This document shows, piece after piece, positions 10,257 through 22,884 of a stretch of DNA of 64,000 nucleotides. The translations under genes were made by a program, and so were the position numbers. Location: positions 352,001 to 416,000 of the forward strand of contig CBDFJR010000002.1 of NCBI GenBank assembly GCA_965248535.1, written 5' to 3'. The notes beneath the pieces were generated by a model. That model saw only the letters and a list, made by a program, of their open reading frames with translations. It was not told the DNA's origin and searched no databases. The DNA comes from Phormidesmis sp. GTDB lineage: Bacteria; Cyanobacteriota; Cyanobacteriia; Leptolyngbyales; Leptolyngbyaceae. Each line of letters begins with the position of its first letter. Position 1 is the first letter of the stretch.

Positions 10257-13200
10257 ATGTTTCAACTTTCAAAAATTACTTGGGAACTTAGTCAGATTCC
10301 CTGGCTGATGCAAGTTCCCGTCGATCGGGGGGTCAACACTCCCGAACAGGCATCCTTAGTATTTTCAGGCCCAAGATTTTTTGTTGCTCTGATAGCAGGG
10401 CTAGTATTAGCATTTGCATTCCAAATCTTGTTAACAAACTTGTCCGTCGCGGCAGGCATTTCCTATTTAGGGCGCTCTTCTGACTCTGATCACGATCATG
10501 ATCACAATCATGAGTCAGGCAGTCCAGGAGGTACCATTCGCAAAATTGAGTTTGCGGTTGGCTTATGGACACTGATTACCGTTACTATTGCTCTATTTTT
10601 TGCTTGTCTCTTGGCAGTGAAGCTGAGTTTGTTAAGCAGTGCCACGCTGGGCGCGATCGTCGGTTTGGTGATCTGGGGTGCTTATTTCGTGGCGTTGGTG
10701 TGGTTTAGCTCTACCACAGTCGGCTCTCTCGTTGGCTCATTGGTCAACAGTGCCACATCTGGGTTTCAGGCAATTTTGGGCACAGCAACGGCGGCCGTCG
10801 GCGCTAAGGCTATCAATCAGCAAGTCGTTTCCACCGCAGAAGCAGCAGCAGCAGCCGTGCGCCGAGAGTTGGGGAACGCGATCGATCCAACTCACATCCG
10901 CGACTCGATCGAAGACTATATCGAAAAAATTCGACCACCTCAGCTAGACGTGTCTCACATTCGCGGAGAGTTTGAGAAACTGCTCAACGACCCCGAACTC
11001 AAATCTATCGCAGGCAGCACCTCTCCGACTGAAGTCATGGAGCGGCTGCGACACATCGATCGCAACACGTTCTTAAACCTGATCAGCAGCCGCACTGATT
11101 TGTCTAAAAAAGATGCAAATCGATTGGTTGATCAATTGGAATCGGTTTGGCAAAAAACCCTCGGTCAGTTTCAGCGCAAAGACCCGACCGCTGAAATGAT
11201 GGAGTATCTCAAAACTGTTAAATCTGGCTCGGTCAACACCGACGAGCTAAACGCCAAGCTCGATCGCCTGACCGAAGAAGTTCGTCGTCAAGGACAAATG
11301 CTGCAAACCCCTCAGCAGTCTGGCATGGCGGTCATGGGTCAGCCCAAACCAGAACAAGCTAGCCTCGTCGATCGGGCGATGGAGTTTGGTTTCTCGACCA
11401 TCATGGGCACGGTCATGGGACGCACGGATCTGTCAGATCTGGATGTCGAAAAGATTTTAGGACAACTTCAGACTGCAAAAGATAAAGTCACCCAGGGCGC
11501 TAAACAGGTCGGAAATCGAGTGGCTGATAAGGCTTCAGGCTTTAGCCCGATCAAGGCTGATGTCGAAAACTATCTTCTCAACACCTATGCCTGGCACCTA
11601 AATCGGGAAACGCTGGAACACGAATTTAGAGATGTCCTCTACGATCCTGAAGCAAACCCAGCGATCGTGCGTCGTCAGCTAGAGCAGCTAAACCGCAGCG
11701 ATTTTGTCAATCTGCTGACTCAGCGCGGCGATCTGTCGGTGGTGAGAGTGGCTGAGGTGGCTGACCAGCTAGAAACGATTCGGGCGGCGATTTTAGGAAC
11801 AGTGCAAGCCTCTGATGAGCAGGGTCAATCTCAAGACCTGCGAGGTCGGCTAGAGAACTATTTGCGATCAACCGACAAAACCGAACTCAACCCCGATGGC
11901 ATCGAGCGAGAACTCTCGCTGCTGATGCAAGACCCCGAAGCGGGTTATGATGCCCTTCGCAGTCGCCTAGGTCAGTTCGATCGCGATACGATCGTGCAGC
12001 TATTAGCCCAGCGCCCCGATATGTCTCAAGAAGAAGCTGATCGGGTCGTCAGCCAGGTTGAAGGAGTGCGCGATCGCGTTCTCAACACCGCAAAAACGGC
12101 TCAAGATCGGGTCAAATCTGAAGCCGATGCCCTGCGGATTCGGGTCGAATCTTATCTGCAAAACACCAACAAAACGGAACTCAACCCCGACGGCATCAAG
12201 CGCGATTTCAAACTGCTGCTAGACGATCCCCAAGCTGGGGCTTCGGCGCTGCGGGGTCGGCTGAGTCAGTTTGATCGAGACACCCTCGTGCAGCTACTAG
12301 CCCAGCGCAAAGACATGACCGCCGAAGAAGCCGATCGGGTGATCGGCCAGCTTGAAGAGGTTCGCAGCAACATTCTTCACGCGCCTCAAATTGCCGCCGG
12401 AAAGGCCAAAGAGCAAGTCGATCAGGTGACTACCAAGATCTCAGACTACTTGCGGAACACCAACCTGCAAGAGCTTGACCCTGACGGCATTAAACATGAC
12501 TTAAACACCTTGCTGCACGACCCTAAAGCGGGAGCCTATGCCTTGGGCGATCGGCTTTCTCACGTCGATCGTGAAACTCTGGTCAAGCTTCTCAGCCAGC
12601 GCCAAGATTTGAGCGAAGAGCAGGTTAACCAGGTGATTGATCAAGTTCAATCGTCGCTTCGCGGCATTGCCCGTGCGCCACGTCGTTTAGCCGCCCGGAC
12701 TCAGCAGCGAGTCATGAACTTTGAGTCAGCCCTAGAAGGCTATCTCCGCAACACTCACAAAGCCGCTCTCAACCCCGACGGCATCAAGCACGATTTGCAC
12801 ATCTTGCTGCGTGACCCCCGATTGGGATTGAGCAACCTAGGCACCCGCGTCGCGGAGTTGGATCGCCCCACGATCGTGGCTCTTCTCTCCCAGCGTCAAG
12901 ACATGACCGAAGAAGAAGCCAATCGCGTGGTTGACCAAATTCTCTCGGTGCGTGAGCAGTTTATGGCGCAGATTCAGGGCATTCAAGACCGCATTCAGTC
13001 AGTGATTGACGGCATCTTTGGTCGAGTGCGCGACTATCTAAATTCCCTCGATCGCCCTGAACTCAACTATGACGGCATCCGTCAAGACGTGCGGACTCTG
13101 TTTCACGACCCCCAAGCTGGCTTTGATGCCATGCGCGATCGGCTCGGCAGTTTTAACCGTGAAACCCTAGTGGCGCTTCTTAGCTCTCGTGAAGACATCT

Positions 13201-13439
13201 CAGAAGCCGATGCTAACCGCGTCATCGACCAGATTGAAGGCGCACGAAACACCGTTCTGCAACGGGCAGAGCGCGTGCAAGAAGAGGCCCAGCGCCGTCT
13301 AGAAGCCGTCAAGCGGCAGGCGAAGAAGCAAGCTGAAGAAACTCGTAAAGCTGCTGAAACGGCGGCTTGGTGGCTGTTTGGCACTGCCATCGTCTCGGCG
13401 GCGGCGGCGGCGATCGCTGGGGCGATCGCGGTTCTTTAA
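10257..13439 (+). CDS. Large membrane-anchored alpha-helical repeat protein
   Basis: N-terminal TM segments, about seven ~100-aa repeats (YLR.T...ELNPDGI..D...LL.DP..G...L..RL...DR.T.V.LL.QR.D...EEA.RV..Q) and a C-terminal TM. ATG at 10257 with GAGG RBS. Confidence 0.85.
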   Translation: MFQLSKITWELSQIPWLMQVPVDRGVNTPEQASLVFSGPRFFVALIAGLVLAFAFQILLTNLSVAAGISYLGRSSDSDHDHDHNHESGSPGGTIRKIEFAVGLWTLITVTIALFFACLLAVKLSLLSSATLGAIVGLVIWGAYFVALVWFSSTTVGSLVGSLVNSATSGFQAILGTATAAVGAKAINQQVVSTAEAAAAAVRRELGNAIDPTHIRDSIEDYIEKIRPPQLDVSHIRGEFEKLLNDPELKSIAGSTSPTEVMERLRHIDRNTFLNLISSRTDLSKKDANRLVDQLESVWQKTLGQFQRKDPTAEMMEYLKTVKSGSVNTDELNAKLDRLTEEVRRQGQMLQTPQQSGMAVMGQPKPEQASLVDRAMEFGFSTIMGTVMGRTDLSDLDVEKILGQLQTAKDKVTQGAKQVGNRVADKASGFSPIKADVENYLLNTYAWHLNRETLEHEFRDVLYDPEANPAIVRRQLEQLNRSDFVNLLTQRGDLSVVRVAEVADQLETIRAAILGTVQASDEQGQSQDLRGRLENYLRSTDKTELNPDGIERELSLLMQDPEAGYDALRSRLGQFDRDTIVQLLAQRPDMSQEEADRVVSQVEGVRDRVLNTAKTAQDRVKSEADALRIRVESYLQNTNKTELNPDGIKRDFKLLLDDPQAGASALRGRLSQFDRDTLVQLLAQRKDMTAEEADRVIGQLEEVRSNILHAPQIAAGKAKEQVDQVTTKISDYLRNTNLQELDPDGIKHDLNTLLHDPKAGAYALGDRLSHVDRETLVKLLSQRQDLSEEQVNQVIDQVQSSLRGIARAPRRLAARTQQRVMNFESALEGYLRNTHKAALNPDGIKHDLHILLRDPRLGLSNLGTRVAELDRPTIVALLSQRQDMTEEEANRVVDQILSVREQFMAQIQGIQDRIQSVIDGIFGRVRDYLNSLDRPELNYDGIRQDVRTLFHDPQAGFDAMRDRLGSFNRETLVALLSSREDISEADANRVIDQIEGARNTVLQRAERVQEEAQRRLEAVKRQAKKQAEETRKAAETAAWWLFGTAIVSAAAAAIAGAIAVL

Positions 13440-13466
13440 CCGATAGTCCACCGTTAATCTCACTCT

Positions 13467-13493
13467 AAAGCCTCCCGATCGGGAGGCTTTTTT
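13467..13493 (+). terminator. Intrinsic terminator
   Basis: aaagcctccc-gatc-gggaggcttt followed by ttt. Confidence 0.75.
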
Positions 13494-13591
13494 AATGAAG
13501 ACCAACGCCCAAGCGCGATAAAATCAAACCTTAATCAAACCTTTAATGAGTCTCGGAGGCTAAGTCCTTCGATCGTAGGAAATCAACTGTC

Positions 13592-15413
13592 ATGGCGCTA
13601 ATCGTTCAGAAATATGGGGGCACTTCAGTCGGATCGGTCGATCGCATTCAGGCGGTTGCCCAGCGAATTGTTAAAACAGTCAACGCCGGAAACTCAGTCG
13701 TCGTCGTCGTTTCAGCAATGGGAAAAACGACCGATGGGTTGGTCAAACTCGCCAATGAGATCTCCAGCAACCCCAGTCGGCGCGAAATGGATATGCTGCT
13801 CTCGACCGGAGAACAGGTGACGATCGCGCTCCTCAGCATGGCCCTGCAAGAGCTTGGTCAGTCCGCCGTCTCTCTCACAGGCGCACAGGTCGGGATTGTG
13901 ACTGAAACCCACCACACTCGCGCCCGAATCTCTGAACATTGCTACCGATCGCTTAGAGCGCCATCTCAAAAAGGGCGAAGTGGTCGTCGTCGCCGGATTT
14001 CAAGGAGTCAGCCGCACTGAAGATCTAGAAATTACCACCCTCGGCCGCGGTGGTTCAGACACGTCAGCCGTGGCTCTTGCTGCCGCCCTCAAAGCCGACT
14101 TTTGCGAAATCTACACTGACGTTCCGGGCATTCTCACGGCCGATCCGCGACTGGTCGAAGACGCTCAATTAATGACCGACATCACCTGCGATGAGATGTT
14201 AGAACTCGCCAGCCTAGGGGCAAAAGTTCTGCATCCTCGTGCCGTTGAGATCGCCCGCAATTATGGAATGCCGCTTGTTGTGCGGTCTAGCTGGACAGAC
14301 GACCCCGGAACGTGGGTGACTTCGCCGACTCCCCAACCCCGATCGCTGGAAGGGTTAGAGATTGCCCGCCCCGTCGATGCGGTGGAATTCGACACCGATC
14401 AAGCCAAAGTCGCGTTGCTGCGAGTCCCCGATCGTCCGGGTGTTGCTGCGCGGTTATTTGGTGAAATTGCCACTCAGAGTTTAGATGTTGATCTTGTGAT
14501 CCAATCCATTCACGAAGGCAATACTAACGACATTGCCTTTACGGTGACTAAAAATTCTCTTAACCGTGCAGAAGCGGTTGCCAATGCCATCATTCCAGCG
14601 TTGATGATCAATCAACCCTCTAGTTTAGAAAAAGCTCCCGAAGTGATGATTGAGCAGCAGATTGCTAAAGTGACGATCGCCGGAGCCGGAATGATTGGCC
14701 GCCCCGGAGTTGCTGCTCGAATGTTCTCAACTCTGGCAAATGCTGGAATCAATATTCAAATGATTTCGACTTCTGAAGTCAAAGTTAGCTGCGTGATTGA
14801 TCAGCGAGATTGTGAGACCGCAATCTCCACCCTTTGCCAAGCGTTTGACATTACTCAGTCAGCCCTCGATCGTCAACCCAAACCTTTAGCAACTCTGACA
14901 ACTCAAAATCCGGTTCGGGGTGTGGCGCTCGATCTCAAGCAAGCTCAATTAGCCATTCGTCATGTGCCCGATCGTCCTGGCATGGCGGCAAAAATCTTTC
15001 AACTGCTCGCAGATCACAACGTCAGCGTCGATATGATTATCCAATCTCAGCGCTGTCGAGTGCTTGATGGCATTATGACCCGCGATATCGCCTTCACCGT
15101 CGCGCAAATGGATGCAGAAGCGGCTCGGACAGTGTTAGAAACAGCGGCTCCTGAGTTGGGCTGTGGTGAAATTGGGGTGGATGTAGCGATCGCCAAGGTC
15201 AGCATTGTCGGCTCAGAAATGGTTGGTCAACCCGGAGTTGCAGCTCGAATGTTTGACGCACTGTATCAGCAAAAAATCAACATCCAAATGATCGCCACGT
15301 CTGAAATTAAGGTCAGTTGTGTAGTCGCAGAAGATCAGGGTGTGCTGGCGCTGCGGGCGATTCACAAAGCCTTTGGTCTAGCCGGAAGTCAGACCATTCA
15401 GGTATCAGCTTAA
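13592..15413 (+). CDS. lysC: Aspartate kinase (cyanobacterial 4-ACT type), apparent +1 frameshift at ~13930
   Basis: [45 protein letters not shown], repeated ACT domains. The frames join as [15 protein letters not shown]. Confidence 0.93.
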
Positions 15414-15502
15414 ACAACTAGGTTTAGAAGTAACGTTCGTAGCATCAGCGATAGCGGTGATAAACTTAGAGCAACACAGCTATTCAGCAGATGAGGCGCT
15501 CT

Positions 15503-15703
15503 ATGAAGGCAGAGTTCACTCAAGTTTTTGAATTAGCCCTTTCAGAAAAATTGCAGCTTGTTGAAGATTTGTGGGACAACATTGCCTTAGTTCCAGAGCA
15601 AATTCCTATGCTGGATTGGCAAAAAGAAGAACTTGCTAGAAGAAAAGTAGCTTATTTGCAGAATCCTGACTTAGGTAGCTCATGGGAAGCAGCTAGGGAA
15701 TGA
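15503..15703 (+). CDS. Putative addiction-module antitoxin component (orphan)
   Basis: L.LSEKLQLVEDLWDNI...WQKEELARR...SWE pattern; no cognate toxin follows. Confidence 0.75.
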   Translation: MKAEFTQVFELALSEKLQLVEDLWDNIALVPEQIPMLDWQKEELARRKVAYLQNPDLGSSWEAARE

Positions 15704-15883
15704 ATTCGCAGTGGACAGCATGGTGCTTGCAATCACTCCTCCAAAGTACCTCAAAGAGAAACTAGGTGGAGTCGATCATGCTCCAGAGTTTTTTTCTCAG
15801 GTTTATGTGGGCAGGACATAGCTAAAGTTTTATCTGTCAGTGTTGATACCAATTTGATTTGTGAATGCGACAGATCCGCACGA

Positions 15884-15941
15884 GGGCACGGCAGTGCCAC
15901 GCCCGTACAAAAAGCGTAGGGGCATGGCACCGCCGTGCCCC
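15884..15941. repeat. REP doublet (GTAG/GTAC-type)
   Basis: gggcacggcagtgccacgcccgtac followed by gtaggggcatggcaccgccgtgcccc: two imperfect palindromes tagged by GTAC/GTAG. Confidence 0.65.
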
Positions 15942-16021
15942 GTCGGATTGAACGATCAGTCGCAAGTGCATCCGAAATTGGTATGAACAAATGGAAGCAG
16001 GTGTATTCGTCTTTGGGCACT

Positions 16022-16062
16022 AAAAAAGGGGACGATCGCATCACACGATCGCCCCCTCTTTC
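16022..16062 (-). terminator. Terminator downstream of groEL
   Basis: gggg.cgatcg / cgatcg.cccc stem, with an A tract on the + strand. Confidence 0.6.
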
Positions 16063-16080
16063 AAGTTAATTCGGATGAGA

Positions 16081-17793
<1,713 letters not shown>

Positions 17794-17801
17794 CTAGAAA
17801 T

Positions 17802-17828
17802 TTAGCACTCGTTAAGGCAGAGTGCTAA
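17802..17828. promoter_or_regulatory. CIRCE (HrcA operator)
   Basis: Perfect TTAGCACTC-N9-GAGTGCTAA about 30 nt upstream of groEL. Confidence 0.95.
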
Positions 17829-17837
17829 TTAAGATTA

Positions 17838-17853
17838 GATCGGAAAACCGAAC
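17838..17853. promoter_or_regulatory. K-box-like element
   Basis: GATCGG-AAAA-CCGAAC versus consensus GTTCGG-NNAN-CCNNAC (1 mismatch), next to CIRCE. Confidence 0.6.
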
Positions 17854-17888
17854 GATCGGGGCAAACCCTGCCCAAGTAGGCATAACCT

Positions 17889-18798
17889 GTGAAAATTTCC
17901 CCTCAGCCGACGGGTTGGCAAACTGCGATCGTGCTCACGATCGGGATTTTATCAGTCTCTACGGCCGCAATTCTGGTTCGGTTAGCGACTCGTGAAGCTC
18001 ATCTTTCGACCGTCGGTTTTAGTCTCGTGCTGGCTGCATCTCGGCTCGTCCTCGCGTCTGCTGTGCTGCTTCCCGCCTGGCAACCTATTCGTCGCAATCC
18101 GCCCACGGCTTCGGCATGGCGCTATGCTGTCGCTGCGGGAATCGCTCTCGCTGCCCACTTTGCCACTTGGATCACCTCGCTGTCTTATACGTCGATCGCG
18201 GCCTCTACCACGATCGTCACCACGACTTCGATTTGGGTGGCGCTGCTCTCGTGGAGGTGGTTTGGCGAAAAACCCAATCGTGAAATGTGGATAGGCATCG
18301 CGATCGCTTTAATTGGCGGACTCACGATCGGTTGGGAAACTGGCAATTCTACAGGTGAAAATCCACTTTTAGGAAACGGACTGGCGCTGATTGGAGCCTG
18401 GACAGCCACGCTCTATCTGCTGTTAGGACGAGAAGCCCAGCGACAAAATTTAGGCGTAGGAAGTTACAGCACGATCGCTTATGGTGTGGCGGCGATCGTG
18501 CTGTTTCCATTGCCCTCTGATTGCGGGAGCCTCCTACACGGGCTATTCACCGCTCACCTATGGACTGATGCTGCTGATGGCGATCGTGCCGCAGCTAATC
18601 GGACACACCAGCCTCAACTGGGCAGTGTGCTGGGTGTCGCCAACGCTGGTAGCCGTGCTGAATTTATTTGAGCCAGTTGCATCGAGTGGGCTGGCGCTGG
18701 CGCTGTTTGGAGAGATGCCCGGAGTGCAGGTAATTACCGGAGCCGTGATTTTGTTAGCAGGAGTGGCGATTTCGATCGCCGCCAATCGAGACGTTTGA
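17889..18798 (+). CDS. DMT/EamA family transporter (apparent +1 frameshift at ~18514)
   Basis: ALAAHFATWITSLSYTSIA; PQLIGHTSLNWA; FEPV; about 10 TM helices when joined. Confidence 0.85.
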
Positions 18799-18803
18799 GA
18801 AAT

Positions 18804-20094
18804 CTATCGACTCGCGGCTTCTGGTTTGGCAGGCTTCAAGAGGCGCATTCGCTCAAAGCTGAGGGCTGTGACCCCGATCGTCACCAGCAAAATGCCCCAC
18901 ACCTGCACCTGCTGCAACTGACTGTGAATGATGATCGCCGCCAAAACTGCTGTGATCACAGGGCCGCTAGACGCAATAATCGACGATCGCGCCGCGCCTA
19001 GGTGCCGCACTCCAAAGTTATTGCTCAGATAGCCGACCAGCGTTAAAGCACCCAGCACCAATCCGCCTAAAAAGAATCCCAGTCGCTTTTCGGGCAAAAC
19101 GGCAACCCCCAACTGAAGCGGCAGCGTCAGACTAAGACTCGACAAAAATAAAATCGTGACAAACTGCACCAAACTCACCGGAACGGGATGCAGTTTGCGA
19201 AAACCAAGCTGCATGAAGATCAGATAGAAGGCGAACGCAATGCCCGCAGACATAGCCGCCAAGACTCCGCCCGAAGTCACCAATCCGGCTTTTGCCAGGT
19301 TGGGCAGCGCCGCCATAATCACGCCCACCAAGATCGCCACCATCACCACCAGCCGCAGCCGAGTCGGACGATCGCCAAACAGCCACCAAGCTAGCGGCAC
19401 CGTGACTAACGGATACATAAACAAAATTGTGACGGCCGGGCCGGGGCCAATTTGCCCGATCGCGATGTAAATCAGCACCTGCGACAAAAATAAAAAGCCA
19501 CCGCTGCCCACCACGTTAAACAGCGCCCGGCGATCGCGATCGAGCACCAGCTTTTTGATGTCATTCCAGACAGGGGGATAGAGAAAAGCGGCGATCGCGG
19601 CCATCAAGGGCACCACGATCAGCATTCGCATCCACAAAATCAGCAGCGAGTTGCCCAGACTAGGCTGAATGAACCCTCCAAAGTTCAACAGCCCCAGCAG
19701 ATTCACTGGGCTGCCGATGATCATTTTGACAACTACATTGTGAATCGACAGCGCTAGGGTCGAGATCAACACAAACCCCAGCCCAACTCTGAAGCGGAGA
19801 CTGGGAGCCGAGCTTGGTGATGAGCGGCAGAGGAGCGGCAGGCACTTCTAGAGGAATGGGACGGGCTTCGGGGATGGGTGAGTAGTTTTGCAGTGTCTGA
19901 TAGCGGGCTTGCAGGTTGGCGATATCTTGAATGAGCTGCATTTTTTCAATCTGCAACTGAGTCACCTCTTGAGACAACTCATTGACTGCATGGTGTTGCA
20001 GCCCTCTGAGATCGTGGACTCTTGAACCCAAGCCAGAAAAATTTGGTTCAGCATCCTCATTTTCTGAGGGGCGCGATCGACTATCCTCACCCAT
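18804..20094 (-). CDS. EamA/DMT transporter with N-terminal coiled-coil (apparent frameshift at ~19800)
   Basis: TM-rich ORF 18804-19772 (ILFMYPLVTVPLAWWLFGDRP) preceded in another frame by the coiled-coil ORF MGEDSR...EVTQLQIEKMQLIQDIANLQ. Confidence 0.75.
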
Positions 20095-20183
20095 TGGATT
20101 TCTATCCTCTACCCTGCAATTCACAAACTAACATTTAGTCTTCACAAAAGCTTTATTTCTTAGTTGTTATTGTTCCCCACCGC

Positions 20184-21509
20184 TTAGAGAATCTGCACAG
20201 AATATCGGGTGAGCAAATATTGAATGACGGTGAAAATGGCAGCACTTAGCCCCGCCGCGATCGGAACCGTCACCAGCCAAGTTAGACCAATCGATCGCAG
20301 CGTTTGCCCCTGAATCGATCTCCAGCCTTGAACCAGTCCGACTCCGACAACCCCCCCGACCAAGGCGTGAGAGGTTGAGACGGGCAGCCCCCAGCGAGAG
20401 GCCACCAAAATAGTTGTGGCAGTAGATAACTCGGCGCAAAATCCACCACTGGGCTGAAGGGCGATGATGCCTGACCCGATCGTGGCGATCACCTTTTTTC
20501 CCATCACGGCTAATCCTGCTACGATGCCCATGCCGCCGAGCATCAAGATCCACAGCGGCACCTGAAAGTCTTGGAGCGGAACGGATTGAGTCTGGATGAT
20601 GAAGACGATCGCCGCTAGGGGTGCAACCGCATTGCCGACATCATTTGAGCCGTGGGCAAAGGCCACAAAACAAGCGCTCAAGAGTTGAAACCGAGCCAGC
20701 AACAGTTCAGGATTTTTGGCGAGAGCGATTTGATCGAGTTGTCGCCAGATGATTAGCGTCAGAACGATCGCACTAATGCTGCCTATCAACAACGGCAAAT
20801 CGTGAGCCGGCCAGTTTAAATTCCAGCGATCGCGCAACACGATTTGAAGAGGTCGGCTCACCGTCGGCAAGACAATTACGCCAAAGATGCCCATTAGAGC
20901 GGCACTCAGCCAAGGAATCCATTCTCGAAGTTGGGCGATCGGGTCGGGCTGATCAAGAATCCAGCGTTTGATTTGGCTGTAAAAGAGGGCAGCGATCGCA
21001 CCACTAACTAGCGGTGTAACGATCCACGTCAGAGAGATCACGCCGATCGCTGACCAATCAACGGCGCTGGGACTGAGGGCGACGCAGGCAAATCCGGCGA
21101 TCGCGCCTACGGTGGCATGAGATGACGACACTGGAAGGCCAAACAGGGTGGCAATATTCAGCCAAATGCCCGCCGCAACTAAGACAGAAGCCATGCCAAT
21201 CAATAAAGTTTGAGGCGTTTGAGCAAACAAAGCCGGAGCGACAATTCCCGTCGCTAGCTTGGCCGAGACTTGTTGCCCAAAGACGATCGCCCCAGTGAAT
21301 TCTAGAATTCCAGCGATAATCAGGGCTTGTTTGAGAGTGACGGCTTTGGAGCCAACCGAGGTGCCCATGGAGTTAGCAACATCGTTTGCACCAAGGTTCC
21401 AAGCGAGGTAGAACGCTAAAACGCTGGTGAGAACTGAAAGGAATGAATGATCCATAAATTCAGGAATACTGAGACTTTGAAGTGGAGCTTCTAGTTGATT
21501 GGGCTGCAT
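20184..21509 (-). CDS. PiT family inorganic phosphate transporter
   Basis: GANDVANSMGTSVGS and AHGSNDVGNA signatures; true start may be MDHSF. Confidence 0.92.
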   Translation of the reverse strand: MQPNQLEAPLQSLSIPEFMDHSFLSVLTSVLAFYLAWNLGANDVANSMGTSVGSKAVTLKQALIIAGILEFTGAIVFGQQVSAKLATGIVAPALFAQTPQTLLIGMASVLVAAGIWLNIATLFGLPVSSSHATVGAIAGFACVALSPSAVDWSAIGVISLTWIVTPLVSGAIAALFYSQIKRWILDQPDPIAQLREWIPWLSAALMGIFGVIVLPTVSRPLQIVLRDRWNLNWPAHDLPLLIGSISAIVLTLIIWRQLDQIALAKNPELLLARFQLLSACFVAFAHGSNDVGNAVAPLAAIVFIIQTQSVPLQDFQVPLWILMLGGMGIVAGLAVMGKKVIATIGSGIIALQPSGGFCAELSTATTILVASRWGLPVSTSHALVGGVVGVGLVQGWRSIQGQTLRSIGLTWLVTVPIAAGLSAAIFTVIQYLLTRYSVQIL

Positions 21510-21555
21510 CTACAGTTTTTGACGCTTGACCAAACCTATCAAAGCAGCAATCTGC

Positions 21556-22815
21556 ATGAACTTCACTCAGCAAATTAGAGAAAACTTAGAAAATCCCGGT
21601 GAGTTAGAGCGGCTGTTTCAAGAAGATTCAGAAGCTTTTCGAGTTGCTTTTGAGTCAGTGTTTGCCGAAAATCCCGATGCGATCGTGTTAAAAGTCTGGC
21701 ACGAAAGGCTTCATTTTCAGCCAGTTCAATTAAATCAATCTCGCTTTGTCTTTGCAGACAGCATTTTAATCCTAGTTCTCTGTTTGTTTGCAGGAACGAT
21801 CGCCAAACTTCCCGCTTACTTTCCTCAACTGTCAACAAGTTGGTATTATCCAAGAAACATTGCTTTCGTCATTTTCCCAGCCCTTGCTGCTTATTTTCTG
21901 ATCAAGAATAAGCCTGGTAAAAGTATTTTTGGGGCCAGCGTTGCGCTGTTTTTTCTGCCGCTCGTTTTCATCAATACACTACCAAATTTAGATCGATCGG
22001 ATACTGTGATTCTGTCTTGTCTGCACTTACCTTTTTTCCTGTGGGCAGTTTTAGGTTTTGTCTTCACAGGTCAGGATGTTAGGAACAGCGATCTCCGGAT
22101 GGCATACCTTAAATACAATGGTGAGATGTTAATCTACACTACACTGTTCATCATTTGTGGCAGTGTACTAGTTACAGTCACAGCCGGACTTTTTTCTGTG
22201 ATTTCGGTGAATATTGACAAGCTTTACTATGAGTACATTCTTATCTATGCACTGTGTGCAGCCCCGATCGTGGCCACTCATCTAACTCATGCCCAAAGTC
22301 GTTTAGTGGGTAATTTGGCACCCACGATCGCTCGAATTTTCAGTCCCTTAGTGTTGTTGACTTTGGTAGTTTACCTGATCAGTATTTTGACTTTACAACG
22401 CAATCCATTTACTGATCGAGAGTTTCTGATAGTGTTTAACGTGATGTTATTAGGAGTGTTGGCGATCGCGGTTTTCACGCTGTCCGAACGAGCGTCTACT
22501 CCTAAAAAACTGGTTGGAGATTACATTACTTTTGCGCTGATTGCGATCGCGCTGATTGTAGATTCAGTTGCCCTAGCAGCGATCGTGTTTCGCCTTGCAT
22601 CCTATGGCACTTCGCCAAACCGAGTGGTTGTTCTGGGCGCAAATTTCTTGGTGTTTGGCAACTTAGCAGGAATGTTGGTGCAGTATGTGCGATTCTTTTT
22701 GGGCAAAGTCGCGATCGCCTCGATCAAAAACTGGATTACAGGATATTTGCCCCTCTATGGAGCTTGGACAGCGATCGTACTATTTGCTTTTCCGTTTCTC
22801 TTCTCGTTTAAGTAG
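21556..22815 (+). CDS. Multi-pass membrane protein (DUF4153-like)
   Basis: LERLF..D..AF...F, WHERL, IARIFSPL, NPF.DREFLIVFN, G.SPNR; many TMs. Confidence 0.7.
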   Translation: MNFTQQIRENLENPGELERLFQEDSEAFRVAFESVFAENPDAIVLKVWHERLHFQPVQLNQSRFVFADSILILVLCLFAGTIAKLPAYFPQLSTSWYYPRNIAFVIFPALAAYFLIKNKPGKSIFGASVALFFLPLVFINTLPNLDRSDTVILSCLHLPFFLWAVLGFVFTGQDVRNSDLRMAYLKYNGEMLIYTTLFIICGSVLVTVTAGLFSVISVNIDKLYYEYILIYALCAAPIVATHLTHAQSRLVGNLAPTIARIFSPLVLLTLVVYLISILTLQRNPFTDREFLIVFNVMLLGVLAIAVFTLSERASTPKKLVGDYITFALIAIALIVDSVALAAIVFRLASYGTSPNRVVVLGANFLVFGNLAGMLVQYVRFFLGKVAIASIKNWITGYLPLYGAWTAIVLFAFPFLFSFK

Positions 22816-22884
22816 ATTTGGGTAGCCTAAAGTTAGGGAGCGTTTCCTAAAAGGGGATATCGACGACTCCCTAACCTCAACTTC

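Noticed and set aside
11880..13080. Recurrent AACCCCGACGGCATC-like sequences at ~300-nt spacing, considered as a CRISPR or DGR repeat
   Set aside because: They are in-frame protein repeats with synonymous variation; no spacers, cas genes or reverse transcriptase.
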